NCBI GenBank assembly: GCA_965221955.1
Contig: CBDCTA010000029.1
Location: 480,001-544,000, forward strand
Direction of reading: 5' to 3'
Source of the DNA: Gammaproteobacteria bacterium
GTDB taxonomy: Bacteria; Pseudomonadota; Gammaproteobacteria; UBA4575
Length of the DNA: 64,000 nucleotides
Position numbers and translations under genes: made by a program. Of this stretch, positions 40,263-50,625 are shown in pieces (position 1 is the stretch's first letter; each line of letters begins with the position of its first letter). Under the pieces are notes generated by a model. It searched no databases. It saw nothing but the letters and a program-made list of their open reading frames with translations, and was not told where the DNA came from.

Positions 40263-40823
40263 TTATCGAGACTTAATCGTATCTTGTTTCATGTTTTGGG
40301 CGAGCCATGCTTTGATTGTCCAAGGAAAAACGTTTTCTGATTCTGATATGTCTTCCCATCCTTGTTGAACGTAACATTGATATGCATCTGCGCCAAAAAT
40401 ATTTTGTACGCGCATGGGTTTGCTTTCATTGGCAGAATCACCATTAATTTCTTCATCTCTAAATGCATATAGAGTAGGTTCGTCTTCAAACTGCTCATCC
40501 ATTTTTAAAATGGTGATATATGCGCATTCAACACCCTCTCGATACAACACTTGGTAATCCACAATACCTAAATTTTCGTTGGCTTTTACTTTTTCAGTAA
40601 CCTCTTCAGGTTCATCTTTTTGAAACTGCTTAAAAACTTCATCAAACTCATCGTCATCGATATCGGCAGTAGAAATTTCTAAACCTTGCGTTCTTCGACG
40701 ATCGCCGAATACACGTCGATTCTCTTCAACAATTTCATTGTTATTGTCGCGCATTGGGAACGATTCCTTATTTTTATTTGTTCTACGATCCTTGCCAGAT
40801 CTACGATCGTATATAGTTTTCAT
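40263..40823 (-). CDS. Arg-pair module protein with unknown acidic C-terminal domain
   Basis: DRRSGKDRR...FPMRDNNNEIVEENRRVFGDRR aligns without gaps to the N-terminus of the 12293..12793 protein. Confidence 0.8.
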   Translation of the reverse strand: MKTIYDRRSGKDRRTNKNKESFPMRDNNNEIVEENRRVFGDRRRTQGLEISTADIDDDEFDEVFKQFQKDEPEEVTEKVKANENLGIVDYQVLYREGVECAYITILKMDEQFEDEPTLYAFRDEEINGDSANESKPMRVQNIFGADAYQCYVQQGWEDISESENVFPWTIKAWLAQNMKQDTIKSR

Positions 40824-40903
40824 ATGCTTTCCCTTTGCGTATTCCCCGAAATATAAAGGTATGCAAAATTGTGTAAAACGATACCAGGCGTGTGATCTTC
40901 AGG

Positions 40904-40919
40904 TGTGATGCAGTTCACA
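40904..40919. promoter_or_regulatory. CRP/Vfr box TGTGA-TGCAGT-TCACA
   Basis: Perfect core consensus in the divergent region between the Arg-module gene and rnr. Confidence 0.7.
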
Positions 40920-41061
40920 GCAAGTCTTCCACTTAGCAAGGTAATTCACCCATCTAGCGTAATTTCATGAATGCAGCATATGATTGGGTTGCTGGTAGAA
41001 ATTAATCGTTATTTTTCAAAGATTTCGCATTTGACGACTAAGGTAGTAGAGTGCGTCACAC

Positions 41062-43326
41062 ATGGCGCGTAAAAAGAAAAAAAAGTTAGTGGATCCCTAT
41101 GCTAAGCGTGAGGCATCTAAATATGAGCGACCAATTGCTAGCCGTGAACTTATTCTGCAAGTTCTAGAAGAAAGTGACGGGCCACTTGCACTAGGTGCGC
41201 TGCATGAAGCGCTTGACGTAGATTCCGAGAAAGTGGTGGATGCATTAGCGAGACGTTTAGGCGCGATGGAGCGTGATGGTCAACTTATCCGCAATCGTCA
41301 AAATCACTATTTACCGATTTCTAAAGTTGATTTAATGCGCGGTCGCGTAATGGGGCATCCGGATGGCTTCGGCTTCTTAATTCCTGATGAAGGTGGAGAG
41401 GACTTATTTCTTTCTCCATTTGAGATGCGTACCTTAATGCACGGGGATCGTGCCATTGTGCGTCCCGCTGGGAAATCCAAACGCGGTAAATTGCAAGGCA
41501 AGCTTGTTGAAATCATTGAGCGCAATAATAAACAGATTGTAGGTCGTTACTATAAAGAATCAGGCATTGGGTTTGTGGTGCCAGATAACAAACGTCTCAA
41601 TCAAGACATCATGATTCCCGCAGAAAATGCGATGCAAACTAAAAACGGCCAGTTTGTTGTCGCTACCATACTTGAACAACCAAATAAGTTCCGCCAGCCA
41701 ATTGGAAAAATAATTGAAGTCATTGGTGATCATTTAGCACCAGGGATGGAAATAGATGTTGCCATTCGTTCTTACGATTTGCCTTATAAATGGTCTGATC
41801 AAGTGCTACAGCAAGTTGAGCAATTTAGTGAAAAAGATATTCAACAACAGCTAAAGCACCGTAAAGATTTACGCGAATTTAATTTCGTCACCATAGATGG
41901 TAGTGATGCCAAAGATTTTGACGATGCAGTATATTGTGAGCCGCGTGAAAACGGTTGGCGTTTATGGGTAGCGATTGCCGATGTTTCACACTATGTTGAA
42001 ACTGATACGGCGTTAGATTATGAAGCTCGAAATCGTGGCACGTCGGTGTACTTTCCCGAGCGTGTTATTCCGATGTTGCCGGAAAATCTTTCCAATGAAT
42101 TGTGTTCATTAAAACCAGAAGTCGATCGCCTTTGTATGGTTTGCGAAATGTTCATCTCACATGGCGGTGAATTAAAGAGCCATAAGTTTTATGACGCGGT
42201 AATGTGCTCCTCAGCACGACTGACGTACGATGAGGTGCAAAAGATTCTTTATGATAAAAACAAACAAGTACGCGAACAGTGCGAACATTTGCTAAGTGAT
42301 TTAGAAAATTTACAAGGTGTATACAATGCACTACGCAAACAGCGTAAAAAACGTGGTGCAATTGATTTTGATACCAAAGAGACTATTTTTGAGTTTGATG
42401 AAGATAAAAAAATAAAAGCCATTCTTCCGCGCGAACGGTTTCAAGCGCATATGATCATCGAAGAATGCATGATTAGCGCCAATGTAGCTGCTGCAAAATT
42501 CATCACGAGTAAAAAATTACCAACTTTATATCGTGTGCATGAAGAGCCTACATTTGAAAAATTACGCGACATGCGTGAATTTCTTGAATCACTAGGTGTT
42601 GGTTTTCGTAAGGCAGAAAAGCCTAAACCGAGTGATTACATGGCGGTGATTAAAAAGATCGCGCATCGTAAAGATAAACAAATTATTGAAATGGTATTAC
42701 TCAGGTCCATGGCGCAAGCGGTTTACAGTCCAGATAGTACCGGTCATTTTGGTTTAGCCTTACCTTTGTACGCTCACTTTACTTCTCCGATTCGACGTTA
42801 TCCTGATCTAGTTGTACACCGTACGATTCGACATTTGCTGGCTAAGGAAAATAAAGCGTCTTTCCCTTTGTCGCAAAATGATTTACTACTCCTAGGTGAA
42901 CATTGCTCTATGTGCGAACGGCGTGCAGATGATGCAACGCGAGATGTGGATGCATGGCTTAAGTGTGAGTTTATGCAAGATAAGTTAGGCCAGGAATTTG
43001 CTGGTGTGATTACTTCAGTCACTGCATTTGGTTTTTTTGTCATGCTGAATGATTTCTTCGTTGAAGGTTTAGTGCATGTAACTACTTTGAAGAGTGATTA
43101 CTACCATTTTGATGAACAATCACATTGCTTGTTTGGTGAGCGCAGCAAGAAACGTTACGCCTTAGGAGACGAAGTAAAAATTATCGTCGCAAGAGTAAGT
43201 TTGGATGAACGCAAAATGGACTTTTCGCTAGCTCAGGTTGATAAGGAACATAAGACGAAAAGACCAAAGCCAAGTAATAAATATAAGGCTAAAAAATCAA
43301 AAAAGAAAAGAAAAAAGTTTAAGTAG
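41062..43326 (+). CDS. rnr: Ribonuclease R
   Basis: GHPDGFGF, TIDGSDAKDFDDA, HFTSPIRRYPDL, S1 domain, basic tail. Confidence 0.99.
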   Translation: MARKKKKKLVDPYAKREASKYERPIASRELILQVLEESDGPLALGALHEALDVDSEKVVDALARRLGAMERDGQLIRNRQNHYLPISKVDLMRGRVMGHPDGFGFLIPDEGGEDLFLSPFEMRTLMHGDRAIVRPAGKSKRGKLQGKLVEIIERNNKQIVGRYYKESGIGFVVPDNKRLNQDIMIPAENAMQTKNGQFVVATILEQPNKFRQPIGKIIEVIGDHLAPGMEIDVAIRSYDLPYKWSDQVLQQVEQFSEKDIQQQLKHRKDLREFNFVTIDGSDAKDFDDAVYCEPRENGWRLWVAIADVSHYVETDTALDYEARNRGTSVYFPERVIPMLPENLSNELCSLKPEVDRLCMVCEMFISHGGELKSHKFYDAVMCSSARLTYDEVQKILYDKNKQVREQCEHLLSDLENLQGVYNALRKQRKKRGAIDFDTKETIFEFDEDKKIKAILPRERFQAHMIIEECMISANVAAAKFITSKKLPTLYRVHEEPTFEKLRDMREFLESLGVGFRKAEKPKPSDYMAVIKKIAHRKDKQIIEMVLLRSMAQAVYSPDSTGHFGLALPLYAHFTSPIRRYPDLVVHRTIRHLLAKENKASFPLSQNDLLLLGEHCSMCERRADDATRDVDAWLKCEFMQDKLGQEFAGVITSVTAFGFFVMLNDFFVEGLVHVTTLKSDYYHFDEQSHCLFGERSKKRYALGDEVKIIVARVSLDERKMDFSLAQVDKEHKTKRPKPSNKYKAKKSKKKRKKFK

Positions 43327-43328
43327 TT

Positions 43329-44075
43329 TTGGGTGTGAAAAATATTTCGTTTGGTTTATACAGTTGTATGGCTGCAATACAGCAACGATCATTTCATATA
43401 CAAGAAGTATGTTTGCTAGATAGCAGAAACGATAAGCGTATGCAGGAAATTAAAGATGCGCTAGTTGCAAATAATATTTCGCATCGTTCTGTGAATAAAA
43501 AAGAACTAGAACAGCTATGCGGTGAAGTGAATCACCAAGGTGTGGTGGTAGTATATAAAGAGCAACAAACCAATAATGAAGCCACTTTGCTAGAGTATTG
43601 TGCGCAAGCCACTGAGCCATTGCTGTTGTTGGTGCTGGATCAAATTGTCGATCCACATAACTTAGGTGCTTGTTTGCGTACTGCAGAAGCAGCAGGGGCA
43701 AATGCGGTGATCAGTTCAACGCGTAACTCTGCGCCTTTGACACCCACAGTGCGTAAAGTTGCGTGTGGAGCTGCCGAACGGGTTCCCCTTATTTTTGCTA
43801 AAAATCTTGCGCGTTTTTTAGATGAGCTTAAACAACTCGGCGTTTGGGTGTATGGCACACAACCCACAGCGACAAAATTAATCTATGAAGCGGATTTTAG
43901 TCGTTCAACTGCACTCGTGATTGGTGCCGAAGGCTCAGGGATGCGTAGATTAGTCAGTGAGAAATGTGACGAATTATTACGCTTGCCCATGTCAGGAGAA
44001 ATGGCCAGCCTTAATGCTTCTGTCGCCACGGGTATTGGATTATTTGAAGCGGTGAGACAACGGTTAGAGGCCTGA
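43329..44075 (+). CDS. rlmB: 23S rRNA Gm2251 methyltransferase
   Basis: HQGVV, DPHNLGACLR, GAEGSG, SLNASVA. Confidence 0.97.
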   Translation: MGVKNISFGLYSCMAAIQQRSFHIQEVCLLDSRNDKRMQEIKDALVANNISHRSVNKKELEQLCGEVNHQGVVVVYKEQQTNNEATLLEYCAQATEPLLLLVLDQIVDPHNLGACLRTAEAAGANAVISSTRNSAPLTPTVRKVACGAAERVPLIFAKNLARFLDELKQLGVWVYGTQPTATKLIYEADFSRSTALVIGAEGSGMRRLVSEKCDELLRLPMSGEMASLNASVATGIGLFEAVRQRLEA

Positions 44076-44169
44076 GCCGTGCGATATCCACTCATCTGTT
44101 TAGGGTAATTTTCAAGTGTCTTGCCTACTAAGAGGGCATCACGTACACTTCGCGGCTCAAAATTCAGTA

Positions 44170-44228
44170 ACTCCTTGCTTCACCGGGCCATACCTATGGT
44201 TACTGGGAGGCTTTAACCCATAGGGAGC
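44170..44228 (+). promoter_or_regulatory. S6:S18-responsive rpsF leader RNA
   Basis: CTCCTT-GCTTC...GAGGC...CCA-TAGGGAG stem that sequesters the RBS, the known architecture upstream of rpsF. Confidence 0.65.
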
Positions 44229-44234
44229 ATATAT

Positions 44235-44717
44235 ATGCGTCACTACGAAATAGTGTTTCTGGTGCATCCTGACCAGAGCGACCAAGTCCCTGCGATGACA
44301 GAGCGTTATCGTTCTATTATCGATCAGGGTAATGGCAAAGTTCACCGCCTAGAAGATTGGGGACGTTTGCAACTTGCCTATCCGATTCAAAAGATTCATA
44401 AAGCACATTATGTGTTAATGAATATCGAGTGTAATCAAGAAGTCTTAGATGAGCTCACCAGTTCGTTTCGTTTTAACGATGCAGTGATTCGTAACATGGT
44501 GATTTCTGCGAAAAGAGCAGAGACTGAAAAGTCTGCAATGCTAAAAATGATTGAGCAAGAAGAAGCGGATAGTGGCAAAAAAACTGCCACTCAATCTAGC
44601 TCTGACTACTCGCAAGAACGCTCAACTGATGAGCCTGCTATAGAAGAAAGTCAGGCAGAAGCCCCGGCTGAAGCTGAACAAACTGAAGAAGCCGTTGCAG
44701 AGACATCTGAAAGTTAA
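44235..44717 (+). CDS. rpsF: 30S ribosomal protein S6 with long acidic tail
   Basis: [27 protein letters not shown]. Confidence 0.99.
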   Translation: MRHYEIVFLVHPDQSDQVPAMTERYRSIIDQGNGKVHRLEDWGRLQLAYPIQKIHKAHYVLMNIECNQEVLDELTSSFRFNDAVIRNMVISAKRAETEKSAMLKMIEQEEADSGKKTATQSSSDYSQERSTDEPAIEESQAEAPAEAEQTEEAVAETSES

Positions 44718-44741
44718 CGAATAGAATTAAAGGAAAATATC

Positions 44742-44966
44742 ATGGCACATTATTTTCGTAGAAGAAGGTATTGCCGCTTCACAGAAGAAGGCATTGAAGA
44801 AGTTGATTACAAAGACATTGCAATCTTAAAAGATTTCATTACGGAAACCGGTAAGATTGTGCCCAGTCGAGTAACCGGTACTAAGGCTAAATACCAACGC
44901 CAGTTATCTACCGCGATTAAACGGGCAAGATACATAGCGCTATTACCTTACAGCGATCGCCACTAA
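44742..44966 (+). CDS. rpsR: 30S ribosomal protein S18
   Basis: [20 protein letters not shown]. Confidence 0.99.
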   Translation: MAHYFRRRRYCRFTEEGIEEVDYKDIAILKDFITETGKIVPSRVTGTKAKYQRQLSTAIKRARYIALLPYSDRH

Positions 44967-45085
44967 GTATCTCCAGTAAGATCTAAGTAAATCTGCTATC
45001 TGGGTTAATTCTACAAAAAGTGGTTAATTTATAAGCGATTACGCTACTCAATTTTTATTATAATGGTTTATACAAAGAGAACGTT

Positions 45086-45535
45086 ATGGAAGTCATTTTA
45101 CTAACTAAAGTCGATAATCTTGGTGACTTAGGTGACAAGGTTAAAGTGCGCCCTGGTTATGCGCGCAATTTTTTAATTCCCAGTGGTAAAGCAAAATTTG
45201 CAACGGCTGAGAATTTAGCGGAGTTTGAAGCGCGTCGTGTGGAGTTAGAAAAACTTGCTGCTGAAGCATTGGCAAGTGCTGAAGCGCGTAAAGCTGAATT
45301 AGATGGCGCTAAGATTAGTATCACTGCAAAAGAAGTTGGCGAAGGCAAGTTGTTTGGTTCGGTTGGAATGGTCGATATCGTTAATGCTTTAAATGAAGCA
45401 GGTAAGAAGGTAGAAAAGAAAGAAGTACGCTTACCCGATGGTTCTTTCCATCATGTCGGGGAGTATCAAGTGGATATTCATTTACACTCTGATGTGAATG
45501 CAACGATTAACTTAGAGATTATTGGCGAAGAATAG
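45086..45535 (+). CDS. rplI: 50S ribosomal protein L9
   Basis: GYARNFLIP, GKLFGSV. Confidence 0.99.
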   Translation: MEVILLTKVDNLGDLGDKVKVRPGYARNFLIPSGKAKFATAENLAEFEARRVELEKLAAEALASAEARKAELDGAKISITAKEVGEGKLFGSVGMVDIVNALNEAGKKVEKKEVRLPDGSFHHVGEYQVDIHLHSDVNATINLEIIGEE

Positions 45536-45571
45536 TCGTTACGCCATGCGTCACCATGTTAATATAATATT

Positions 45572-47113
45572 GTGGCTGAATTAACTACGATTGGCACGGA
45601 GTTTGGGGCCACAAATACTGAAAGCCTACGCACGCTTCCTTATTCATTGGAGGCAGAACAAGCCGTAATCGGCGGACTCATTCTAGATAACTCCACTTGG
45701 GACCAGGTGGCGGATCGCATTAATGAAAACGATTTTCATTTATTTGATCATCGACTGATCTTTAGAACCATTGATGAGTTAGTAGAAAAGCAACAGCCGT
45801 TTGATGTGCTTACGCTTTCTGACTTATTGCGTCAGAAAGCTGAAATTTCCGATACTAATATTCTTGCCTACCTTGGTACACTTGCGAATGACACCCCCAG
45901 TGCAGCCAATATTCGTGCTTATGCGGATATTGTTCGTGAAAAATCAATTCTTAGACAGCTAGTAACTACCGGCAATGAAATTGCTTCGAGTGGGTTATCT
46001 CCTGAGGGGCGGGATGTAAATGAATTATTAGATGAAGCTGAACAAAAAGTTTTTCAGATTTCTGATCACAGCGTACATACCAGCCAAGGTTTTCAAAATA
46101 TAAAATCGCTACTCAAAACTACAGTTGAACAAATTGATGAATTGTTTGAACGCGGTGATCACATTACAGGTTTGCCGAGTGGCTATGATGAATTCGATGA
46201 GAAAACCGCAGGTTTGCAGAACGGCGAACTCATTATTGTCGCGGGTCGCCCGTCAATGGGTAAAACTAGTTTTGCAATGAACATTGTTGAATATGCTGCC
46301 TTGCGTAGTAATGCATCCGTTGCGATTTTTAGTATGGAAATGCCGGGGCGTTCGTTAACCATGAGAATGTTATCTTCTATGGGACGGATTGATGCGCAAC
46401 GCATACGTACAGGTAAGTTAACCGATGATGATTGGCCGCGTCTTACTAGTGCGGTTTCGATGTTGTCCGAGTCTAATTTATTTATTGATGATACGGCAGC
46501 GCTTTCACCAACTGAATTACGCGCGCGTGCTAGACGTTTGAAACGTGAGCATGGCTTATCTTTAATCATAGTGGATTATTTGCAGTTGATGCAGGTTAGC
46601 GGTACTACAGAAAATCGTGCAACTGAAATATCTGAAATCTCGCGTTCTTTAAAAGCCTTAGCAAAAGAATTAGATCTGCCTATTATTGCTTTGTCGCAAT
46701 TAAATCGTAGTTTAGAACAACGCACAGATAAGCGCCCTGTGATGTCTGATTTACGTGAATCAGGAGCGATAGAGCAAGATGCAGATTTGATTGTATTTAT
46801 CTATCGAGATGAAGTGTATAACGAAGACTCTCCTGATCAAGGTACCGCGGAAATCATTGTGGCAAAACAACGTAATGGTCCTATTTTTAAAACGAGACTG
46901 ACGTTCTTAGGTCAATACACGCGTTTTGAAAACTATGTGCCAGAGATTTATGTAGGAGGTCCGATGACTGGAGAAAGCTTTTCCAGTTCGAATATGACTA
47001 ATCCAAGCAGTCCTTCACCGGACCCTGGTTTTACAGAACAAAAGTTTTCTGATAAAAGTTTTCCTGCTAATGATTTTCCTAATGATATCCCTGATGACAT
47101 TGATGATGATTAA
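45572..47113 (+). CDS. dnaB: Replicative DNA helicase DnaB with C-terminal extension
   Basis: AGRPSMGKT, DYLQLM, SDLRESGAIEQDAD, KQRNGP. Confidence 0.99.
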   Translation: MAELTTIGTEFGATNTESLRTLPYSLEAEQAVIGGLILDNSTWDQVADRINENDFHLFDHRLIFRTIDELVEKQQPFDVLTLSDLLRQKAEISDTNILAYLGTLANDTPSAANIRAYADIVREKSILRQLVTTGNEIASSGLSPEGRDVNELLDEAEQKVFQISDHSVHTSQGFQNIKSLLKTTVEQIDELFERGDHITGLPSGYDEFDEKTAGLQNGELIIVAGRPSMGKTSFAMNIVEYAALRSNASVAIFSMEMPGRSLTMRMLSSMGRIDAQRIRTGKLTDDDWPRLTSAVSMLSESNLFIDDTAALSPTELRARARRLKREHGLSLIIVDYLQLMQVSGTTENRATEISEISRSLKALAKELDLPIIALSQLNRSLEQRTDKRPVMSDLRESGAIEQDADLIVFIYRDEVYNEDSPDQGTAEIIVAKQRNGPIFKTRLTFLGQYTRFENYVPEIYVGGPMTGESFSSSNMTNPSSPSPDPGFTEQKFSDKSFPANDFPNDIPDDIDDD

Positions 47114-47152
47114 TGAAATGCTATGTCGAAAAACTCACCATGAGTTGTCTGC

Positions 47153-48232
47153 ATGAAGCGGGCTGCATTTGCGCGCATTAATTTAGCCCACCTAAAACAT
47201 AATCTTGCTGCCGTACGAAAAGTAGCAAATCAATCAAAAATCATGGCGGTGGTCAAGGCAGATGCTTATGGTCATGGCATGCTAAAAGTGTGTAACAGTT
47301 TACAAGATGTAGATGCCTTTTCAGTCGCTTATGTAAATGAAGCGCTAGAATTACGCGAAAGTGGTATTCAACAACCCATCGTGGCTTTACAAGGATTTAG
47401 TAGTGTTGAGGATTTGCAAAATGCAGTTAAGCAAAACATTCAAGTAGTGATTCATCATCAAGAACAATTAAATATTCTACAAAGATTTCCCGCTCCTACT
47501 AAATTGGATGTGTTCGTAAAGCTTGATACCGGTATGCATCGTTTGGGTTTTGTGCCCAGTGAATTTTCAACAGTATTGGGTCAAGTGCAATTACTGTTAT
47601 CCAATGAATCAAAAATAAGTTTTATGACACATTTAGCGTGTGCGGATGAGGTTGATAATCCCGCGACTCGAGCACAACTTCAACAATTTGATCTCGCGGT
47701 TGAAGATAAAAGTGGAGAGCAAACGATTGCGAATTCAGCGGGTATCATAGCTTGGCCGGAGTGTCATCGAGACTGGGTGCGCCCAGGTCTTGTCCTATAC
47801 GGTGTTAACCCCATCGAACAACAAGCAGCATCAACATCTATAGATTTACGAGCAGTGATGAGCCTGTATGCACCGCTTATCTCGGTTAAAAACTGTAAAA
47901 AAGGTGAAAAAATTGGCTATGGTGGCGATTTTAGTTGCCCTAGTGATATGGTCATAGGCATCATAGCAATAGGTTATGCGGATGGTTATCCACGTCATTT
48001 GAAACACGCACCTGATGTGTCAGTTGGTGGAAGACGAGTAACGGTAGTGGGTCGAGTTTCGATGGATATGATCGCGGTAGATCTAACCAGTACTGAGGCG
48101 CGAATAGGAGAAATCGTGGAGCTATGGGGTGAAACTGTTTCCGTAGCAGAAGTAGCAAAGCATGCTGAGACCATAAGTTATGAGCTGTTGTGTGCTGCAG
48201 GTAATGCAGTAGAAAAAAAATACATTCAATGA
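47153..48232 (+). CDS. alr: Alanine racemase
   Basis: AVVKADAYGHG, DTGMHRLG, GYADGY, GRVSMD. Confidence 0.98.
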   Translation: MKRAAFARINLAHLKHNLAAVRKVANQSKIMAVVKADAYGHGMLKVCNSLQDVDAFSVAYVNEALELRESGIQQPIVALQGFSSVEDLQNAVKQNIQVVIHHQEQLNILQRFPAPTKLDVFVKLDTGMHRLGFVPSEFSTVLGQVQLLLSNESKISFMTHLACADEVDNPATRAQLQQFDLAVEDKSGEQTIANSAGIIAWPECHRDWVRPGLVLYGVNPIEQQAASTSIDLRAVMSLYAPLISVKNCKKGEKIGYGGDFSCPSDMVIGIIAIGYADGYPRHLKHAPDVSVGGRRVTVVGRVSMDMIAVDLTSTEARIGEIVELWGETVSVAEVAKHAETISYELLCAAGNAVEKKYIQ

Positions 48233-48244
48233 TGGCGGTGTAAT

Positions 48245-49909
48245 ATGGAAAAAGTTTGGTTAAAAAGCTATCCAGAAGGTGTTCCTGAATTTGCAGAGTT
48301 GGGTAAGTATAAATCGTTGGCACATATGTTTGACGAATGTGCAGAGCGGCATAGTCATCTGCCAGCATTCTCCAACATGGGTGCGTCGATTAGTTTTTCT
48401 GAACTTAATATCGAGAGCTACAATTTTGCAGCTTATCTACAAACTGAACTAGGTTGTAAAAAAGGTGATCGTGTCGCGATCATGCTACCTAATTTATTGC
48501 AATTCCCTGTCGCTTTGTATGGTGTGTTACGTTCGGGTTGTGTTGCGGTTGACGTTAACCCACTTTATACCTCGCGCGAACTTGGTCACTACTTAAAAGA
48601 CTCTGGTGCAAAAGTAATTGTAATATTGGAAAACTTTGCAGATGTACTTGCTGAAATTATTCATGACACAGATGTTGAGCATGTAATTCTCACAAGAGTG
48701 GGCGATATGCTTGGTTTTCCAAAGTCGTTGCTGGTTAATTTTGTCCTTAAATATGTACAGAAAAAAATTCCTAAATACTCTATTGATAAAATTATTCCTT
48801 TCAATGAAGTCCTCGCAGTTGGGCAACAAAGGCAACTTGTAAAGCCAGAGCTGACTCAAGATGATTTAGCTTTTTTGCAATTTACTGGTGGAACAACAGG
48901 TTTAGCCAAGGGTGCAATGTTGTCGCACGGCAATTTGCTTGCCAATGTGGCGCAAGCCGGAGCTTTTTTTGGCCCAATTTTAGAAGAAGGTAAAGAAATC
49001 GTAATTACGGCCTTACCGCTGTACCACATATTTTCTTTAACTGCGAATTGTTTCTTGTTCACCAAAATTGGTGGGTTAAATTATTTAATTACTAACCCAC
49101 GCGATATGAAAGGCTTTGTAAAAGAGTTAGGCAAAGTGAAGTTTTCAGTGATCACTGGTGTAAATACTTTATTTAATGGTTTATTAAATACAGATGGCTT
49201 TTCCGATTTGGATTTCTCTCACCTTAAAGTTACTCTGGGTGGTGGTATGGCAGTGCAAGAATCTGTAGCAACAGAATGGCACGAAACCACGGGTTGTGTG
49301 TTAGCTGAGGCTTATGGTTTAACCGAAGCTTCTCCTGCGGTAACAATGAATCCTTATGATCTAAAAGAATATAACGGCACGATAGGTTTACCCATTCCGA
49401 ATACGGAAATCTCAATTCAAGATGATGAAGGGAATCATCTTGGAATAGAAGAAGCTGGAGAGCTATGTGTACGCGGGCCGCAAGTGATGCAAGGTTATTG
49501 GAACCGTCCTGAAGAAACTAAAAATACAATCGATGAAGAGGGTTGGTTGAAAACCGGTGATATTGCAATGGTGTCAGAGGATGGCTTTGTGCGTATTGTC
49601 GATCGTAAAAAAGATATGATTCTTGTTTCAGGTTTTAATGTCTATCCAAATGAAATTGAAAATGTAGTGCAGTCTCATGCTGGAGTATTAGAAGTGGCAG
49701 CCGTTGGTGTGGGTGATGAAGAGTCTGGCGAGGTAGTAAAGCTTTTCATTGTTAAGAAAGACCCTGCGTTGACTAAAGAAGATGTGTTAGAGCATTGCAA
49801 AGACCGGCTAACGCGTTATAAATGGCCTAAACATATTGAGTTTAGAGATGAGCTGCCTAAGACCAATGTTGGCAAAATCTTGCGTCGCGCACTTAGGGAT
49901 GAGGAATAG
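48245..49909 (+). CDS. fadD: Long-chain fatty acid-CoA ligase
   Basis: FTGGTTGLAKG, EAYGLTE, TGDIA, LPKTNVGKILRR. Confidence 0.95.
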   Translation: MEKVWLKSYPEGVPEFAELGKYKSLAHMFDECAERHSHLPAFSNMGASISFSELNIESYNFAAYLQTELGCKKGDRVAIMLPNLLQFPVALYGVLRSGCVAVDVNPLYTSRELGHYLKDSGAKVIVILENFADVLAEIIHDTDVEHVILTRVGDMLGFPKSLLVNFVLKYVQKKIPKYSIDKIIPFNEVLAVGQQRQLVKPELTQDDLAFLQFTGGTTGLAKGAMLSHGNLLANVAQAGAFFGPILEEGKEIVITALPLYHIFSLTANCFLFTKIGGLNYLITNPRDMKGFVKELGKVKFSVITGVNTLFNGLLNTDGFSDLDFSHLKVTLGGGMAVQESVATEWHETTGCVLAEAYGLTEASPAVTMNPYDLKEYNGTIGLPIPNTEISIQDDEGNHLGIEEAGELCVRGPQVMQGYWNRPEETKNTIDEEGWLKTGDIAMVSEDGFVRIVDRKKDMILVSGFNVYPNEIENVVQSHAGVLEVAAVGVGDEESGEVVKLFIVKKDPALTKEDVLEHCKDRLTRYKWPKHIEFRDELPKTNVGKILRRALRDEE

Positions 49910-50127
49910 AAAATTAATGTAATCGTGTTCAATAAGCTTCTGCTTGGAGGTGGTATTTTCTTAAAATAGGATGTATTTCAAAGAGTTAAAATCCCATAAA
50001 AAAATATGGAATTTGTAGAAAATGTGACGTAATTCCGTTGATCAAATGACGAAATTTCGTGACTATAGGTACTCTTAATCTTGTTTATAAGTCGTGCTAG
50101 AAGGCGTGACTCCGGAGTTGGTAATCA

Positions 50128-50625
50128 GTGAAGTCATACGAACAATCTGAAGATGCGATAAGTGATGCTCAGTTAGCGCTAGAGCGTCGTGATCGTCGTG
50201 ATCGTCGCACACCTTCCTTGAAGGGATTTGTCTATGGCTTGTTTTTGGCCAGGCGTCGTGGCCCTCGACGTGCAGAAAATTTATATCAATATAGTGATTG
50301 GTACGATGTTAAGTTATTAGTGCTATCGCTTAGCTTATTATTGTTGTCGTGCTTAGATGCTGCGATGACAATGAAGTTGTTATCTTTGGGTGCGGTGGAA
50401 CTAAACCCAATCATGAACGAGTTGATCAATCAGGGCACACGTTATTTTATTTGGATTAAAATTGCTATTACTGCGTTGTGTGTCATCGTGCTCGTTGCTC
50501 ACAATCGTTTTAAGCTGTTTAATTTTTTACGTGTCGACGTAATTCTCATTACCGCAGTATTTATTTATCTAGGTTTGGTGACTTACGAGTTTTATCTGTA
50601 TACCTTGGGTATACCTGCAGTTTAA
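50128..50625 (+). CDS. DUF5658-like membrane protein with Arg-rich N-terminus
   Basis: LSCLDAAMT...GAVELNPIM...K plus 3 TM segments; ERRDRRDRR and RRRGPRR upstream. Confidence 0.75.
   Translation: MKSYEQSEDAISDAQLALERRDRRDRRTPSLKGFVYGLFLARRRGPRRAENLYQYSDWYDVKLLVLSLSLLLLSCLDAAMTMKLLSLGAVELNPIMNELINQGTRYFIWIKIAITALCVIVLVAHNRFKLFNFLRVDVILITAVFIYLGLVTYEFYLYTLGIPAV

Noticed and set aside
45572-47113. Intein in DnaB explaining its extra length
   Set aside because: The helicase core is contiguous; the extra length is terminal and has no intein motifs
50023-50038. CRP box before the DUF5658-like gene (TGTGA-N6-TCCGT)
   Set aside because: Only one good half-site
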